A stretch of DNA of 64,000 nucleotides from an uncultured Chloroflexia bacterium (GTDB taxonomy: Bacteria; Chloroflexota; Limnocylindria; Limnocylindrales; CSP1-4): NCBI GenBank assembly GCA_963749735.1, contig CAVVNZ010000003.1, forward strand, positions 96,300 to 160,299. Direction: 5' to 3'. Shown here piece by piece: positions 50,302 through 60,670 of the stretch. The notes under the pieces are model-generated. The model was not told the DNA's origin. It saw only the letters and a list, made by a program, of their open reading frames with translations, and made no database searches. How positions within the stretch are numbered: position 1 is the stretch's first letter; each line of letters begins with the position of its first letter. Position numbers and translations under genes: made by a program.

Positions 50302-51676
50302 TCAGGCCGTGCGCAGCTGGCGGGCGGCGTCGGCGAACAGGCCGTTGAAGATCCGCGACGTCGACGGGAAGGCATGGATCGTGTCCGCCAGGACGTCGAC
50401 CGGGACGTGCGCCTTGATCGCCAGGACGCACTCGTGGATCGCCGCCGAGGCGTCCGGGCAGGCCATCGCCGCGCCGATCAGCTCGCGCGTGCCGCGATCG
50501 ACGACGATCGTGACGTGCCCGAGCTCGGCCTCGACGGCGTACCCCTTGGCGCTCGTCGCGAACGGTGTCGTGACCTCGAACGCGTCCCGACCCTCGGCCA
50601 GGGCCTGGTCCAGGGTCAGCCCGACGGACGACGCCTCAGGCTCGGTGTAGGTCGACCGCGGCAATGCGCGGTAGTCGGGCTTGACCCACTCACCCAGCGC
50701 CATCCGGACGGCCATCTCGCCCTGGTAGTGGCCCTGATGGGTGTGCAGCTCGGGACCGGCCGGATCGCCGACGATCCACAGCCCGTCGGCGATCTTGAGC
50801 CGCCCGTCGCGAGGGAACGGCGCCCGACCCGAGGCGTCGATGCCGTAGTGCTCCAGCCCGAGGTCGTCGAGCGGGAAGGACCGGCCGACCGCGAGCAGGA
50901 TCGCCTCGCCCTCGGCCGTCGTGCCGTCGTCCAGGTCGATCACGTGGGCGCCCGCCGTCCCTTCGCCCGCCCTCGCCCGGACGGCGCGGACACCGAGCCG
51001 GACGGTGACTCCGTCGGCGACCAGCGCCGCGCGGACCGCCTCGGAGTTGCGGGGGTGGTCCGTCGGCATCAGCCGGGGGCCGGACTGGACGATCGTGGTC
51101 GGCACGCCGAACCGGGCATAGACCTGCGCCAGCTCGCAGCCGGTCGGGCCGCCGCCAAGGACCAGCAGGCTGGCGGGCAGCTCCCTGGCGAGGGTCGCGT
51201 CGCGGTTCGTCCAGAACGGGACCCGATCGATCCCCTCGAGCGGCGGGACCTTCGACGACGATCCGATCGCGACGACGACGTTCCGGCCGGCCAGCTCGTG
51301 GCTGGCATCCTCGTGACGGACGTCCACCCGGCCGGTCCCGACGATCCGCGCCGAGCCATGCGACGACGACCGCCCCCGCCTCCTCGAGCGATCGGACGTG
51401 GCTCGCGTCGTCCGGCTCGGCCGACTCCGCGCGCCGGTTGATCATGTAGTCGCGATGGGCCGACGCCCGCGCCCAGTCGTATGTGGCCGGGTTGGCCGCA
51501 TGACGGGCGGCGGAGAACAGCAATGCCTTCGAGGGGAGGCAGCCGATGAACGGGCAGCTCCCGCCGAACCAGCGCCGGTCGACGATCGCGGCGGTCGCGC
51601 CGAGCTCACGGGCCTTGTGGGCGGCCGCTTCGCCGGCCGGGCCGGCCCCGATGATCACGAAGTCGAAGGTATCCAT
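50302..51676 (-). CDS. Class I pyridine nucleotide-disulfide oxidoreductase (FAD/NAD(P)-binding), frame disruption near 51330
   Basis: The N-terminus reads MDTFDFVIIGAGPAGE...GGSCPFIGCLPSK (redox-active CxxxxC). The second Rossmann fold reads NVVVAIGS...LLVLGGGPTGCELAQ. The C-terminal dimerisation domain is present. Confidence 0.75.
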
Positions 51677-51883
51677 TGGCTCCCTGCCCCGTCGCTGGCG
51701 GTCCCGTTGATGGGCCGGCTCCGACGCTCATCGTACCGGCGCCGGCGTGGCCATGGACCTGCTCGATGGCTGATGACCTCCGCCGATCCTCCGCGCCGCC
51801 TCCACACCCCGTCCACAAGTCGGATCGACGATGGGGTCACGCAAGGCGGTCCGAGGCGACCGCCGGATAAGGGAGATCGTTTC

Positions 51884-52426
51884 ATGCGACGCATCATCGG
51901 CCCGATCCTGGCCCTCTTCGGGATCCTGGCCGTCATCGGGGTGGCCACCGGGGTCGCCTACACCGCCGGGCTCAACGCCGGCACCGTCGCGGTCAGCGCG
52001 ACGACCGCGACCGGCGCGACGACCACCGTCATCCCGGTCGCCGGCTACGGCTGGTACGGGGTCCCGTGGTTCGGCTTCGGGTTCGGCGGGTTCCTGTTCG
52101 TGCTCGTCGGGTTCTTCCTGATCGTCGCGCTGCTCAGGGTGGCGTTCGGCGCCGGTCGTCACCACGGTCGCGGGTACGGCTACGGCTGGGGCTCCGGCTA
52201 CGGTCGCGGTCCGGGCGGCTGGGATGCCCACGGCCCGGCCGACGGTCCCGGTGGACCGGGTGGCAGCGGCGATCCGCGCGAGGCGTGGATCCGCGGCCGG
52301 CTCGACGAGTGGCATCGGGCGGCGCACGCGGGCGGCGGCGCGGCTCCGGACGGCGGGCAGACCGCATCGGCCGGGACGCCCGATCCGACCTCGGGCGGCC
52401 CGACCGTGCCGCCGGCGGCCGGCTGA
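51884..52426 (+). CDS. Small Gly-rich membrane protein (180 aa) upstream of the two-component system
   Basis: ATG at 51884 with an AAGGGAG Shine-Dalgarno. It has two TM helices and a Gly/Tyr/Arg-rich tail (GRGYGYGWGSGYGRGPGGW). Confidence 0.6.
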   Translation: MRRIIGPILALFGILAVIGVATGVAYTAGLNAGTVAVSATTATGATTTVIPVAGYGWYGVPWFGFGFGGFLFVLVGFFLIVALLRVAFGAGRHHGRGYGYGWGSGYGRGPGGWDAHGPADGPGGPGGSGDPREAWIRGRLDEWHRAAHAGGGAAPDGGQTASAGTPDPTSGGPTVPPAAG

Positions 52427-52513
52427 GGATCGGCCTTCCACGACGCCGACGGCGTCGGAGCCCGACCGGGGTTCCGGCGCCGTCGGTCGTCTGGCGCGCC
52501 GTACGATGCCGAG

Positions 52514-53203
52514 ATGAAGACCGTCCTGCTCGTCGACGACGAGCCCAAGATCCGCGAGCTCGCCCGGGACTATCTCGAGCACGCCGGGTTCGCGGTGGTC
52601 CTGGCCGGCGACGGCCGCTCCGCGCTCGACCAGGCCCGGCTCCGCTCGCCGGACCTCGTCGTCCTGGACCTGGGTCTGCCCGAGGTCGATGGCCTCGAGG
52701 TCATCCGGACGCTGCGCCGCGACTCGTCGATCCCGATCGTCGTCCTGACCGCGCGCGACGACGAGCTCGACAAGCTGCTCGGCCTCGAGCTGGGCGCCGA
52801 CGACTACGTCACCAAGCCGTTCAGTCCGCGCGAGCTCGTCGCGCGGGTCAAGGCGGTCCTCCGGCGCTCGGAACGCGCCGACGAGCCGAGCGACGTCATC
52901 CGGGCGGGCGGCGTGAGCCTCGACGTCCCGCGGATGCGGGTCGAGGTCGAGGGACACGCGGTCGAGCTGACACCGACCGAGTTCGCCCTCCTCGCGACCC
53001 TCGCCCGTCGGCCCGGCCGGATCTTCACCCGGAGCCAGCTCCTCGACGCGCTGCGCGGCGTGGCGTTCGAGTCCTACGAGCGGGCGATCGACACCCACGT
53101 CAAGAACCTGCGGCGGAAGATCGAGCCGGACCCGCGGACCCCGCGCTACATCCTCACGGTCTACGGTGTGGGGTATCGCTTCGCCGACGAGCGACCGACG
53201 TGA
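52514..53203 (+). CDS. OmpR-family two-component response regulator
   Basis: Intact 229-aa ORF. The receiver region reads LLVDDEP...DLVVLDLGLP. The winged-helix C-terminus reads YGVGYRF. Confidence 0.92.
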   Translation: MKTVLLVDDEPKIRELARDYLEHAGFAVVLAGDGRSALDQARLRSPDLVVLDLGLPEVDGLEVIRTLRRDSSIPIVVLTARDDELDKLLGLELGADDYVTKPFSPRELVARVKAVLRRSERADEPSDVIRAGGVSLDVPRMRVEVEGHAVELTPTEFALLATLARRPGRIFTRSQLLDALRGVAFESYERAIDTHVKNLRRKIEPDPRTPRYILTVYGVGYRFADERPT

Positions 53204-54531
53204 CCGACGCGGGTCGGGACCCGGGCTCGCCGCAGCCGAAGACCCCGCCGGATGGGCGGCCGGCGTCCGACGCGCGCGACGACGGAAGCGACCGAAGCCG
53301 GCGCGAGGATACGGCCCGGCGACGTCGCGAGCGGGAGGAGGCATGGCTCCGACGGCAGACCGTCTGGTTCGCCCGACGGCAGTCCCAGTGGGAGCGGCGC
53401 CACGGCCCGATGGCGGAGGGCGATCTGCGGCGCCACGGCCCGCCCTGGGGCCGCGGCCGCCCCGACGGGGTGTCGGTCGGGCGGCTGGCCGGGATCGTCG
53501 TGTTCATCCTCGTCGTGCTCGTCGTCGTCACCGCGGTCGCCGGGTGGGTGATCGCGTCGATCTTCGGGCTCATCGGGCCGGACCCGGCGAGCGGCGGCCC
53601 GCTCCTGCTCCTCGCGCGGCTGGCGGGCGTCGCGCTCGTCGTCGTCGGACTGTGGTCGATCACCCGGCGGGTCCGGCGGCTGACCGGCCCGATCTACGAG
53701 CTCGTCGGGGCCACCCGGCGGATCGAGGACGGCGACTTCGGCGTACGGGTCAGCGAACCCGTCCGGGCTCCGCGCGAGCTGCGCGAGCTGAGCCGCGGCT
53801 TCAACACCATGGCGGCGCGGCTGGAGGCCGACGAGATCCAGCGACGGTCGCTGATGGCCGACGTCAGCCACGAGCTGCGGACCCCGCTCGCCGTCGTCCA
53901 GGGCAACATCGAGGCGCTCGTCGACGGCGTCCATCCGGCCGATCCCGCCCATCTCGGGGCGATCCTCGAGGAGACCCGCGTGCTCGGGCGGCTGGTCGAC
54001 GACCTGCGCACGGTCACGCTGTCGGAGTCCGGGACGCTCCCGCTCCACCCGGAGCCGACCGACCTCGGTCTGCTCATCGCGGACGTGGCGCGGTCATTCC
54101 AGGCGGTGGCGTCCGCCGGCGACGCGACAGTCGTCGTGCTGGACCCGCCGCCGACGAGGGGTCCGACCGGGGACGATGTCCCCCTCCTCGACGTCGATCC
54201 GATCCGGATCCGGGAGGTCCTGTCGAACCTTGTCGCGAACGCGCTCCGCTATACGCCGGCCGGCGGCACCGTGACGATCTCGGCCGCGGTGGAGTCGGCC
54301 GGTGGCTGGCTCCGGGTGGAGGTCCGCGACACCGGGCCGGGGCTCGCCCCGGAGGTCGCGGAGCACATCTTCGACCGCTTCGCCAAGTCGGACGACTCCC
54401 GCGGCTCCGGCCTCGGGCTGGCCATCGCCCGGTACCTGGTCGAGGCGCACGGGGGCGAGATCGGGCTGGACAGCCGGCCCGGCGGCGGCACGACCGCCTG
54501 GTTCCGGCTGCCGATCGTCGCCGCGGACTGA
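53200..54531 (+). CDS. Sensor histidine kinase (HAMP, HisKA, HATPase)
   Basis: GTG at 53200 overlaps the response-regulator stop as GTGA. Motifs are the H-box SHELRTPL, the N-box VLSNLVANALRYT, and the G boxes DTGPGL and GSGLGLAI. Confidence 0.88.
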   Translation: MTDAGRDPGSPQPKTPPDGRPASDARDDGSDRSRREDTARRRREREEAWLRRQTVWFARRQSQWERRHGPMAEGDLRRHGPPWGRGRPDGVSVGRLAGIVVFILVVLVVVTAVAGWVIASIFGLIGPDPASGGPLLLLARLAGVALVVVGLWSITRRVRRLTGPIYELVGATRRIEDGDFGVRVSEPVRAPRELRELSRGFNTMAARLEADEIQRRSLMADVSHELRTPLAVVQGNIEALVDGVHPADPAHLGAILEETRVLGRLVDDLRTVTLSESGTLPLHPEPTDLGLLIADVARSFQAVASAGDATVVVLDPPPTRGPTGDDVPLLDVDPIRIREVLSNLVANALRYTPAGGTVTISAAVESAGGWLRVEVRDTGPGLAPEVAEHIFDRFAKSDDSRGSGLGLAIARYLVEAHGGEIGLDSRPGGGTTAWFRLPIVAAD

Positions 54532-54573
54532 TCCGCCGGGCGCGGGCCACGACCGAGGCGCTACGCTCCACCG

Positions 54574-55150
54574 ATGTTCAACCCGCGAGGCTCGATCACG
54601 GTCATCACCGGCCCGATGTTCTCGGGCAAGACCGCGGAGCTCATCCGCCAGTGCGAGCGAGCCCGGATCGCCCGGCGCAAGGTCGTCCTGATCCGCCCGG
54701 CGCTGGACGACCGGACCGAGCCGGAGACCGTCCGGAGTCGGTTCGGCGTCGCCTTCCCGGCTCGGCCGGTCGCCGATTTCGAGCGCGATCGAAGCCGTCG
54801 TCGCCGAGACCCGGGCAGACGTCGTGGCTATCGAGGAGGGCCAGTTCTTCGACGACGGGTTGATCGACGTGTGCGAGCGCCTGGCCGATCGCGATCGGAT
54901 GGTCATCGTCGACGGCCTGAATCGCGACTTCCTCGGCCGGCCGTTCGGTCCGATGCCCGAGCTCCTGGCGATCGCCGAGGAGGTCGTCATGCTGTCGGCG
55001 ATCTGCATGGTCTGCGGCGAGGAGGCGAGCCGGACCCAGCGGCTCGTGGACGGCCGGCCGGCGACCGCCGACGACCCGCTGGTCGTCATCGGCGGGATGG
55101 GCGACGAGCGGTACGAGGCGCGCTGCCGGACCCACCACGAGATCGGCTAG
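54574..55150 (+). CDS. tdk: Thymidine kinase, frame disruption near 54790
   Basis: P-loop [11 protein letters not shown]; IEEGQFFDD; C-terminal zinc ribbon CMVCGEEAS...C. Confidence 0.8.
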
Positions 55151-55182
55151 TCCGAGCGTCGGCCCGGGCGGCCCGGGAATCG

Positions 55183-55210
55183 GATGACCCCGGCTCGGGC
55201 CGGGGTCATC
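55183..55210. terminator. Perfect 12-bp-stem hairpin (GATGACCCCGGC tcgg GCCGGGGTCATC) between the convergent tdk and RDD genes
   Basis: Read from the sequence. A second GC palindrome CCCGGGCGGCCCGGG lies at 55162-55176. Confidence 0.55.
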
Positions 55211-55226
55211 GCTGGGACGAGGTCGG

Positions 55227-55832
55227 TCAGGCGACGGTGCGCTTGACGACGACGGTGTCCGCCTGGTGGTCGTGGTACCCCTGTCGCTTGGGGTCCTGGT
55301 AGGTCGTGTAGAGCAGGTACACGAAGTACCCGAAGCTGATCAGCCCGAACAGGCCGCCGAGCGTCGCGCCGACGACCAGCTGGAGCGCCGACAGGAGGAT
55401 GAAGGGACCGAACAGGAACAGCCAGCGCCGGATGGCCTGCGGCTGGGTGACCGTCCGGCCGTCGGCGGCGTTGACCGTCTCGAGGCCGAGGACCTTCTGG
55501 CCGGGCGACGCCCGCAGTGACGTCCAGCTGTAGATGAAGTAGATCGCGCTGAACGCGGCCTCGAAGGCGATGATGAAGATCACCGACAGGATCGCGCCGA
55601 CGGCGCCCGAGATCGAGGCCACGATCCCGATGATGATGCCCCCGATGATCGCGAACAGGATCACCTGGACGATGATGTCGATGATGTAGGCGCCGATGCG
55701 GATCCCGAGGTCGGCGTAGGCCACACCCGGCGCTGGTCCGGCGGCCTTCGCGGGACCGGGAGGCGGTGCCTGCCATGCGCTCGGCTGTGGCGCCTCCGGT
55801 GTCGGGCTGCCCCCTGGCTCAGGTCCGGACAT
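55227..55832 (-). CDS. RDD-family membrane protein with a Pro-rich N-terminus
   Basis: Reading from MSGPEPGGSPTPEAP. Three TM helices and an RDD-type topology. Confidence 0.65.
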   Translation of the reverse strand: MSGPEPGGSPTPEAPQPSAWQAPPPGPAKAAGPAPGVAYADLGIRIGAYIIDIIVQVILFAIIGGIIIGIVASISGAVGAILSVIFIIAFEAAFSAIYFIYSWTSLRASPGQKVLGLETVNAADGRTVTQPQAIRRWLFLFGPFILLSALQLVVGATLGGLFGLISFGYFVYLLYTTYQDPKRQGYHDHQADTVVVKRTVA

Positions 55833-55984
55833 CGCTACCTCCCATGACGTCGGTCTCGCTGCCGCGCACCCACCGGCAGTCGGGTCCCGTGGGGGGAGCA
55901 TACGCGCCGGAGGCAAGCGCCGAACCACCTGCGCGCGCCGCGGCGTCCGGGAAGTGGCGCGTCGACGCGCCGTAGACTCCGTTC

Positions 55985-57097
55985 GTGCGTGCCGTCGTGC
56001 TCCCCCGCCCGGGCGTCGCCAGCGCCGTCGAGGACCTCGCGCTCGACCCGCCCGCCGAGGGCGAGGTCCGGGTCCGGATGCTGGCGAGCGGCGTCTGCCA
56101 CTCGGACCTCCACGTCCGCGACGGGGAGTGGCAGCGACCCGGACCCGTGGTCATGGGCCACGAGGGCGCCGGGCTCATCGATGCGCTCGGACCGGGCGTC
56201 GACCCCGCGACGACCGGCCTCGACCGGGGGCAGCTGGTCGCCCTCTCGTGGGTGGTCCCGTGCGGGACCTGCCGATCGTGTCGAGCCGGCCGGTCGTGGG
56301 AGTGCCCCGACTCACCGTCGTTCCGCCACGGACGGGACGCGGCCGGGCGGACCCGGGCCCATCGCGCCGACGGGACGGCGGTCCTGGCCTATCTGTCGAT
56401 CGGGACGATGGCCGAGGAGCAGATCGTCCCGGCGGCGGCCGCCATCCCGATGCCAGTGGGGACGCCGGCGGAGGTCGCGGCGCTGATCGGGTGCTGTGTC
56501 GCGACCGGGGTGGGGGCCGTGACGAAGTCGGCGGCGGTCCCGGCCGGGGCGAGCGTCGCCGTGATCGGTCTCGGCGGGGTCGGCCTGTCGGCCGTCATGG
56601 GGGCGCGGCTGGCCGGCGCCGGACGGATCGTCGCCGTGGATCGGGTCGCGGCCAAGCTCGACCTCGCCGCCGAGCTCGGGGCGACCGACCTCGTCCTGGC
56701 CGGCGACGACGCCGTCGCCACGGCGCGGGCCATCCGCGACGTCACCGAAGGAGGCCCCGACTACGCGATCGAGGCGATCGGCCGAACGGCGACCGTCGAG
56801 CTGGCGATCGAGGTCACGCCCGCCGGTGGGACGGCGGTCCTCGTCGGGATGACCCCGCAGAGCGAGCGGGCCGGCTTCGACGTCTATCGCTTCGTCGACG
56901 GCGGGCGGCGGATCATCGGCTCGAACTACGGTTCGGCGGTCGCCGCGGTCGACTTCCCGCGCTACGCCGCGCTCCACCTCGAGGGTCGCCTGCCGGTCGA
57001 GCGGCTCATCGACCGGCGGATCGGACCGGACGACGTCGAGGGCGCGTTCGATCGCCTGCGACGAGGCGAGGGACTCCGCTCGATCGTGACGTTCTGA
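55985..57097 (+). CDS. Zinc-dependent alcohol dehydrogenase (MDR family; S-(hydroxymethyl)mycothiol/glutathione-dependent formaldehyde dehydrogenase-like)
   Basis: Intact 370-aa ORF with GHEGAG, the structural-Zn Cys cluster CGTCRSC, and the GLGGVG Rossmann motif. Confidence 0.9.
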   Translation: MRAVVLPRPGVASAVEDLALDPPAEGEVRVRMLASGVCHSDLHVRDGEWQRPGPVVMGHEGAGLIDALGPGVDPATTGLDRGQLVALSWVVPCGTCRSCRAGRSWECPDSPSFRHGRDAAGRTRAHRADGTAVLAYLSIGTMAEEQIVPAAAAIPMPVGTPAEVAALIGCCVATGVGAVTKSAAVPAGASVAVIGLGGVGLSAVMGARLAGAGRIVAVDRVAAKLDLAAELGATDLVLAGDDAVATARAIRDVTEGGPDYAIEAIGRTATVELAIEVTPAGGTAVLVGMTPQSERAGFDVYRFVDGGRRIIGSNYGSAVAAVDFPRYAALHLEGRLPVERLIDRRIGPDDVEGAFDRLRRGEGLRSIVTF

Positions 57098-57116
57098 GGC
57101 GTCGCGAGGGCCGCGC

Positions 57117-57662
57117 TCAGGGCGACGGGCTGGCGAACGGCGCACACAGCTTGGTGTCGCCGATGATGTCCGAATCGTCGTCGCACAGGCCGGCCACGAA
57201 CCAGCCGATCTCGTAGGCGATGTACGGCGCGGGCGGTTCACCCGAGTCGAGCAGGACGGGGTGGGCCGCGTTGGCGGCGCCGAGCTCGGTCAGGGTGCAC
57301 GTGTCGAAGACGGTGTGCTCGAGCTTGTCCGGGTCGCCGGACGGCTCCGGCGGGGCCGCGTTCGGGTCGTAGCTGGGGTCCTCCGAAGCGTCCGGGCTGG
57401 TGAACGCGACCCACCAGTCGACCCAGGCCTTGAAGGCCGCGTCGCATTTGGCCCCGGCCTTGACCCCGGGCGCCACCGGGGCGAGGGTCGGCGGATCCTC
57501 GACGTCGCCGGACGTGTCGTCGGACGGTGCCGCGTCGCCCGTTCCGGCGCTCTCGAGGACGGTCGGCGTCTCGGAGCCGAGCTGGCCCGTATCGCAGGCG
57601 ACGGCCACGATCGCGATCAGCCCGACCGCCAGGAGGATCGCGGCCATCCGGCGCAGGATCAT
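57117..57662 (-). CDS. Lipoprotein of unknown function (181 aa)
   Basis: ATG at 57662 with a GGGAGGAG Shine-Dalgarno. The signal MILRRMAAILLAVGLIAIVAVAC ends in a lipobox. Confidence 0.6.
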   Translation of the reverse strand: MILRRMAAILLAVGLIAIVAVACDTGQLGSETPTVLESAGTGDAAPSDDTSGDVEDPPTLAPVAPGVKAGAKCDAAFKAWVDWWVAFTSPDASEDPSYDPNAAPPEPSGDPDKLEHTVFDTCTLTELGAANAAHPVLLDSGEPPAPYIAYEIGWFVAGLCDDDSDIIGDTKLCAPFASPSP

Positions 57663-57685
57663 CGGATCGCTCCTCCCGGTCGGAT

Positions 57686-60484
57686 CTACTTGTCTCGCTC
57701 GGCGGCGTTGACCAGGGCCGCCTGCGCGGCGGCGAGCCGGGCCACCGGGACGCGGAACGGCGAGCAGGACACGTAGTCCAGCCCGATCTTCTCGCACTTG
57801 TGGATCGATTCGGGGTCGCCGCCGTGCTCGCCGCAGATCCCGAGCTCGATGTCCGGGCGGACCGAGCGGCCCTTGTCGACGGCGATCTTCATCAGCCCGG
57901 CGACCGCATCGTCGAGGGTCTGGAACGGGTTCGCCGGGAGGATGTGATCCTCGACGTACTTGAGCAGGAAGCCGCCCTCGGCATCGTCCCGGCTGTAGCC
58001 GAAGGTCATCTGGGTCAGGTCGTTCGTCCCGAAGCTGAAGAAGGCCGCGTCGCGGGCGATCTCATCGGCGGTCAGCGCCCCGCGCGGGACCTCGATCATC
58101 GTCCCGAACTTGTAGTCGACCTCGACGCCCGCCTTGGCCTCGACCGCCTTGGCCTCGGTCTCGAGGAGCGCCTTCGTGGCGGACAGCTCGTTCACGTGGC
58201 CGACGAGCGGGATCATGATCTTGGCGATCGGGTGGCCGCCCGACGTCTTGACCGCGATCTGGGCGTTGAGGATGGCCCGGGTCTGGATCTTGACGAAGTC
58301 CGGGATCATCAGCCCGAGCCGGCAGCCGCGCAGCCCGAGCATCGGGTTCTGCTCGCGCATCGACTCGACGACCGCCAGCACCTCGCGCGCCCTGGCGTAC
58401 CCCGGATCGCTCTCGGGCGTGCCCTTGACCCGGTACTCGGTCACCTCGACGAGGAGCTCGTCGTGGTTCGGCAGGAACTCGTGGAGCGGCGGGTCGATCA
58501 GGCGGACGACGACCGGCAGGCCGTCCATCGCCCGGAAGATCCCCTCGAAGTCGCCCTGCTGGAGGACCTCGAGCTTGCCCATCGCCGCATCGAACCGGGC
58601 GACCGCCGCGGCGTCGTCCGCGCCGAGCGTCTCGCCGGCGGCCAGGCGCACCTTGGCGCGGGTGGCCACGTTGGCGACGAGGATCGCGTCGCGGACGATG
58701 TCCAGCCGCTCGCCCTCGCGGAACATGTGCTCGGTCCGGCACAGCCCGATGCCCTGCGCCCCGTAGCTCCGGGCCAGGGCCGCCTCTTCCGGCTTGTCGG
58801 CGTTCGTCCAGACGCCCATCCGGCGGACCTCATCGGCATAGCCGAGGATGGTCTGCAGCTCCGGCTGGTCCTCGAACCGGGCGCTCACCGTCGGCAGCGC
58901 TCCGGCGTAGACCTCCCCGGTCGACCCGTCGACGCTGATCCAGTCGCCCTCGGCGAAGCCCGCGCCCGACTCGGTGCTGCGCGCTGACTTGGTGGCGTAG
59001 TCGACGACGAGCTCCGCACATCCGGCGACGCACGGCTTGCCGATCTGGCGGGCGACGACCGCGGCGTGGGACGTCGCGCCGCCCCGCGCCGTCAGGATGC
59101 CCTGGGCGACGGCCATCCCGTGGAAGTCGTCCGGCGACGTCTCGACCCGGACCAGGACGACCTTCTCGCCGCGCCCGACCCAGGCGACGGCGTCGTCGGC
59201 CGAGAAGACGGCTCGACCGACGGCCGCGCCGGGCGAGGCGTTGAGGCCCTTGGCGACGCGGGTCGCGGTCTTGAGGGCGGCCGGGTCGTACTGGTCGCGC
59301 AGGAGCTGGTCGACGTGGGCGGGCTCGATCCGGGCGAGCGCCTCCTCCTTGGTGATGACCCCCTCGGCGACCATGTCCGTCGCGATCTTCACCGCCGCCG
59401 CGGCGGTCCGCTTGGCGCTCCGCGTCTGGAGCATGTAGAGCCGCCCGCGCTCGATCGTGAACTCGAGGTCCTGGACGTCGCGATAGTGCCCTTCCAGGCG
59501 CTCGGCGATCCGCTGGAACTCGTCATAGGCGCTCGGCAGATCGAGGGCCAGGTGGCTGATCTTCTGGGGCGTCCGGATCCCGGCGACCACGTCCTCACCC
59601 TGGGCGTTGGTCAGGTACTCGCCGTAGAGGACCTTCTCGCCGGTGTTCGGATCGCGGGTGAAGGCGACCCCGGTCCCGGAGTCGTCGCCCATGTTGCCGA
59701 AGACCATCGTCACGACGTTCACGGCGGTCCCGAGGTCGTGGGCGATCTTCTGGTTGTCGCGATAGTCGCGGGCGCGCTTGCCGAACCAGCTGGCGAACAC
59801 GGCCTTGATCGCCAGGTCGAGCTGGTCGTACGGGTCCGACGGGAACTCGCGGCCGGTGTCCTCGCGGACGATCGCCTTGTACGCCTCGGCGACGTCGCGC
59901 AGCGCCCCGGCGTCCAGGTCGGTGTCCTGCGCCGCGCCACGGTCGTGCTTGGCGGCGTCGAGGGCATGGTCGAACCGTTCGCCGTCGACGCCCATCACGA
60001 TCCGGCCGAACATCTGGATGAACCGACGGTAGGCGTCCCAGCCGAAGCGCTCGTTGCCGGTCAGCGCCACGAGGCCGTTCAGCGTCTGCTCGTTGAGACC
60101 CAGGTTGAGGACCGTGTCCATCATCCCCGGCATCGAGAACTTGGCGCCGGAACGAACGCTCACCAGGAGCGGGTTGGCGACGTCGCCGAAGCCCTTGCCG
60201 GTCTCTCGCTCGACCTCGCGGACCGCCTCGAGGACGTCCTCCCAGAGCCCGGCCGGGAGCTGCTCGCCGGCGGCGAAGTAGTCGTTGCAGGCCTCGGTGG
60301 TGATCGTGAAGCCCGCCGGGACCGGGAGGCCGGCGATCGTCATCTCGGCCAGCCCGGCGCCCTTCCCGCCGAGCAGGTCGCGCATCGAGGCGTCACCCTC
60401 CGCACGCCCGCCGCCCCAGGCGTAGATGTAGCGCTTGGCGGCCTGGTGCGTGCGGTCGCCGGCGGTCGAGGTCGAGGTGGCCAT
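57686..60484 (-). CDS. ppdK: Pyruvate, phosphate dikinase
   Basis: ATG at 60484 with a GGAGGA Shine-Dalgarno. The PEP-utilising and PPDK domains are present (catalytic-His region GGATSHAAVVARQIGKPCVAG; C-terminal CGEHGGDP). The 5' part of the 1244-aa track ORF is antisense noise. Confidence 0.92.
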   Translation of the reverse strand: MATSTSTAGDRTHQAAKRYIYAWGGGRAEGDASMRDLLGGKGAGLAEMTIAGLPVPAGFTITTEACNDYFAAGEQLPAGLWEDVLEAVREVERETGKGFGDVANPLLVSVRSGAKFSMPGMMDTVLNLGLNEQTLNGLVALTGNERFGWDAYRRFIQMFGRIVMGVDGERFDHALDAAKHDRGAAQDTDLDAGALRDVAEAYKAIVREDTGREFPSDPYDQLDLAIKAVFASWFGKRARDYRDNQKIAHDLGTAVNVVTMVFGNMGDDSGTGVAFTRDPNTGEKVLYGEYLTNAQGEDVVAGIRTPQKISHLALDLPSAYDEFQRIAERLEGHYRDVQDLEFTIERGRLYMLQTRSAKRTAAAAVKIATDMVAEGVITKEEALARIEPAHVDQLLRDQYDPAALKTATRVAKGLNASPGAAVGRAVFSADDAVAWVGRGEKVVLVRVETSPDDFHGMAVAQGILTARGGATSHAAVVARQIGKPCVAGCAELVVDYATKSARSTESGAGFAEGDWISVDGSTGEVYAGALPTVSARFEDQPELQTILGYADEVRRMGVWTNADKPEEAALARSYGAQGIGLCRTEHMFREGERLDIVRDAILVANVATRAKVRLAAGETLGADDAAAVARFDAAMGKLEVLQQGDFEGIFRAMDGLPVVVRLIDPPLHEFLPNHDELLVEVTEYRVKGTPESDPGYARAREVLAVVESMREQNPMLGLRGCRLGLMIPDFVKIQTRAILNAQIAVKTSGGHPIAKIMIPLVGHVNELSATKALLETEAKAVEAKAGVEVDYKFGTMIEVPRGALTADEIARDAAFFSFGTNDLTQMTFGYSRDDAEGGFLLKYVEDHILPANPFQTLDDAVAGLMKIAVDKGRSVRPDIELGICGEHGGDPESIHKCEKIGLDYVSCSPFRVPVARLAAAQAALVNAAERDK

Positions 60485-60670
60485 GGACGGGGATCCTCCG
60501 GACGGGACGGCGGCCGACGGTCGGGCCGCGAGTGGTCTTCGTTGCGCGCTGATTGTACTGTCGCGGGCGCGGCGGCTCGCGGGGCGGCCTGGTCGCGGAC
60601 GGTCCGACGAGCGGTCGGGGCGGGTACCATCCGGTGGACGAGCCAACGATCCCGACGGAGACCGACCGGC

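Noticed and set aside
52066-53199. Upstream part of the 821-aa ORF that contains the histidine kinase
   Set aside because: It overlaps the response regulator and the small membrane protein out of frame with Arg/Pro/Gly-rich translation. The kinase starts at GTG 53200, overlapping the regulator stop.
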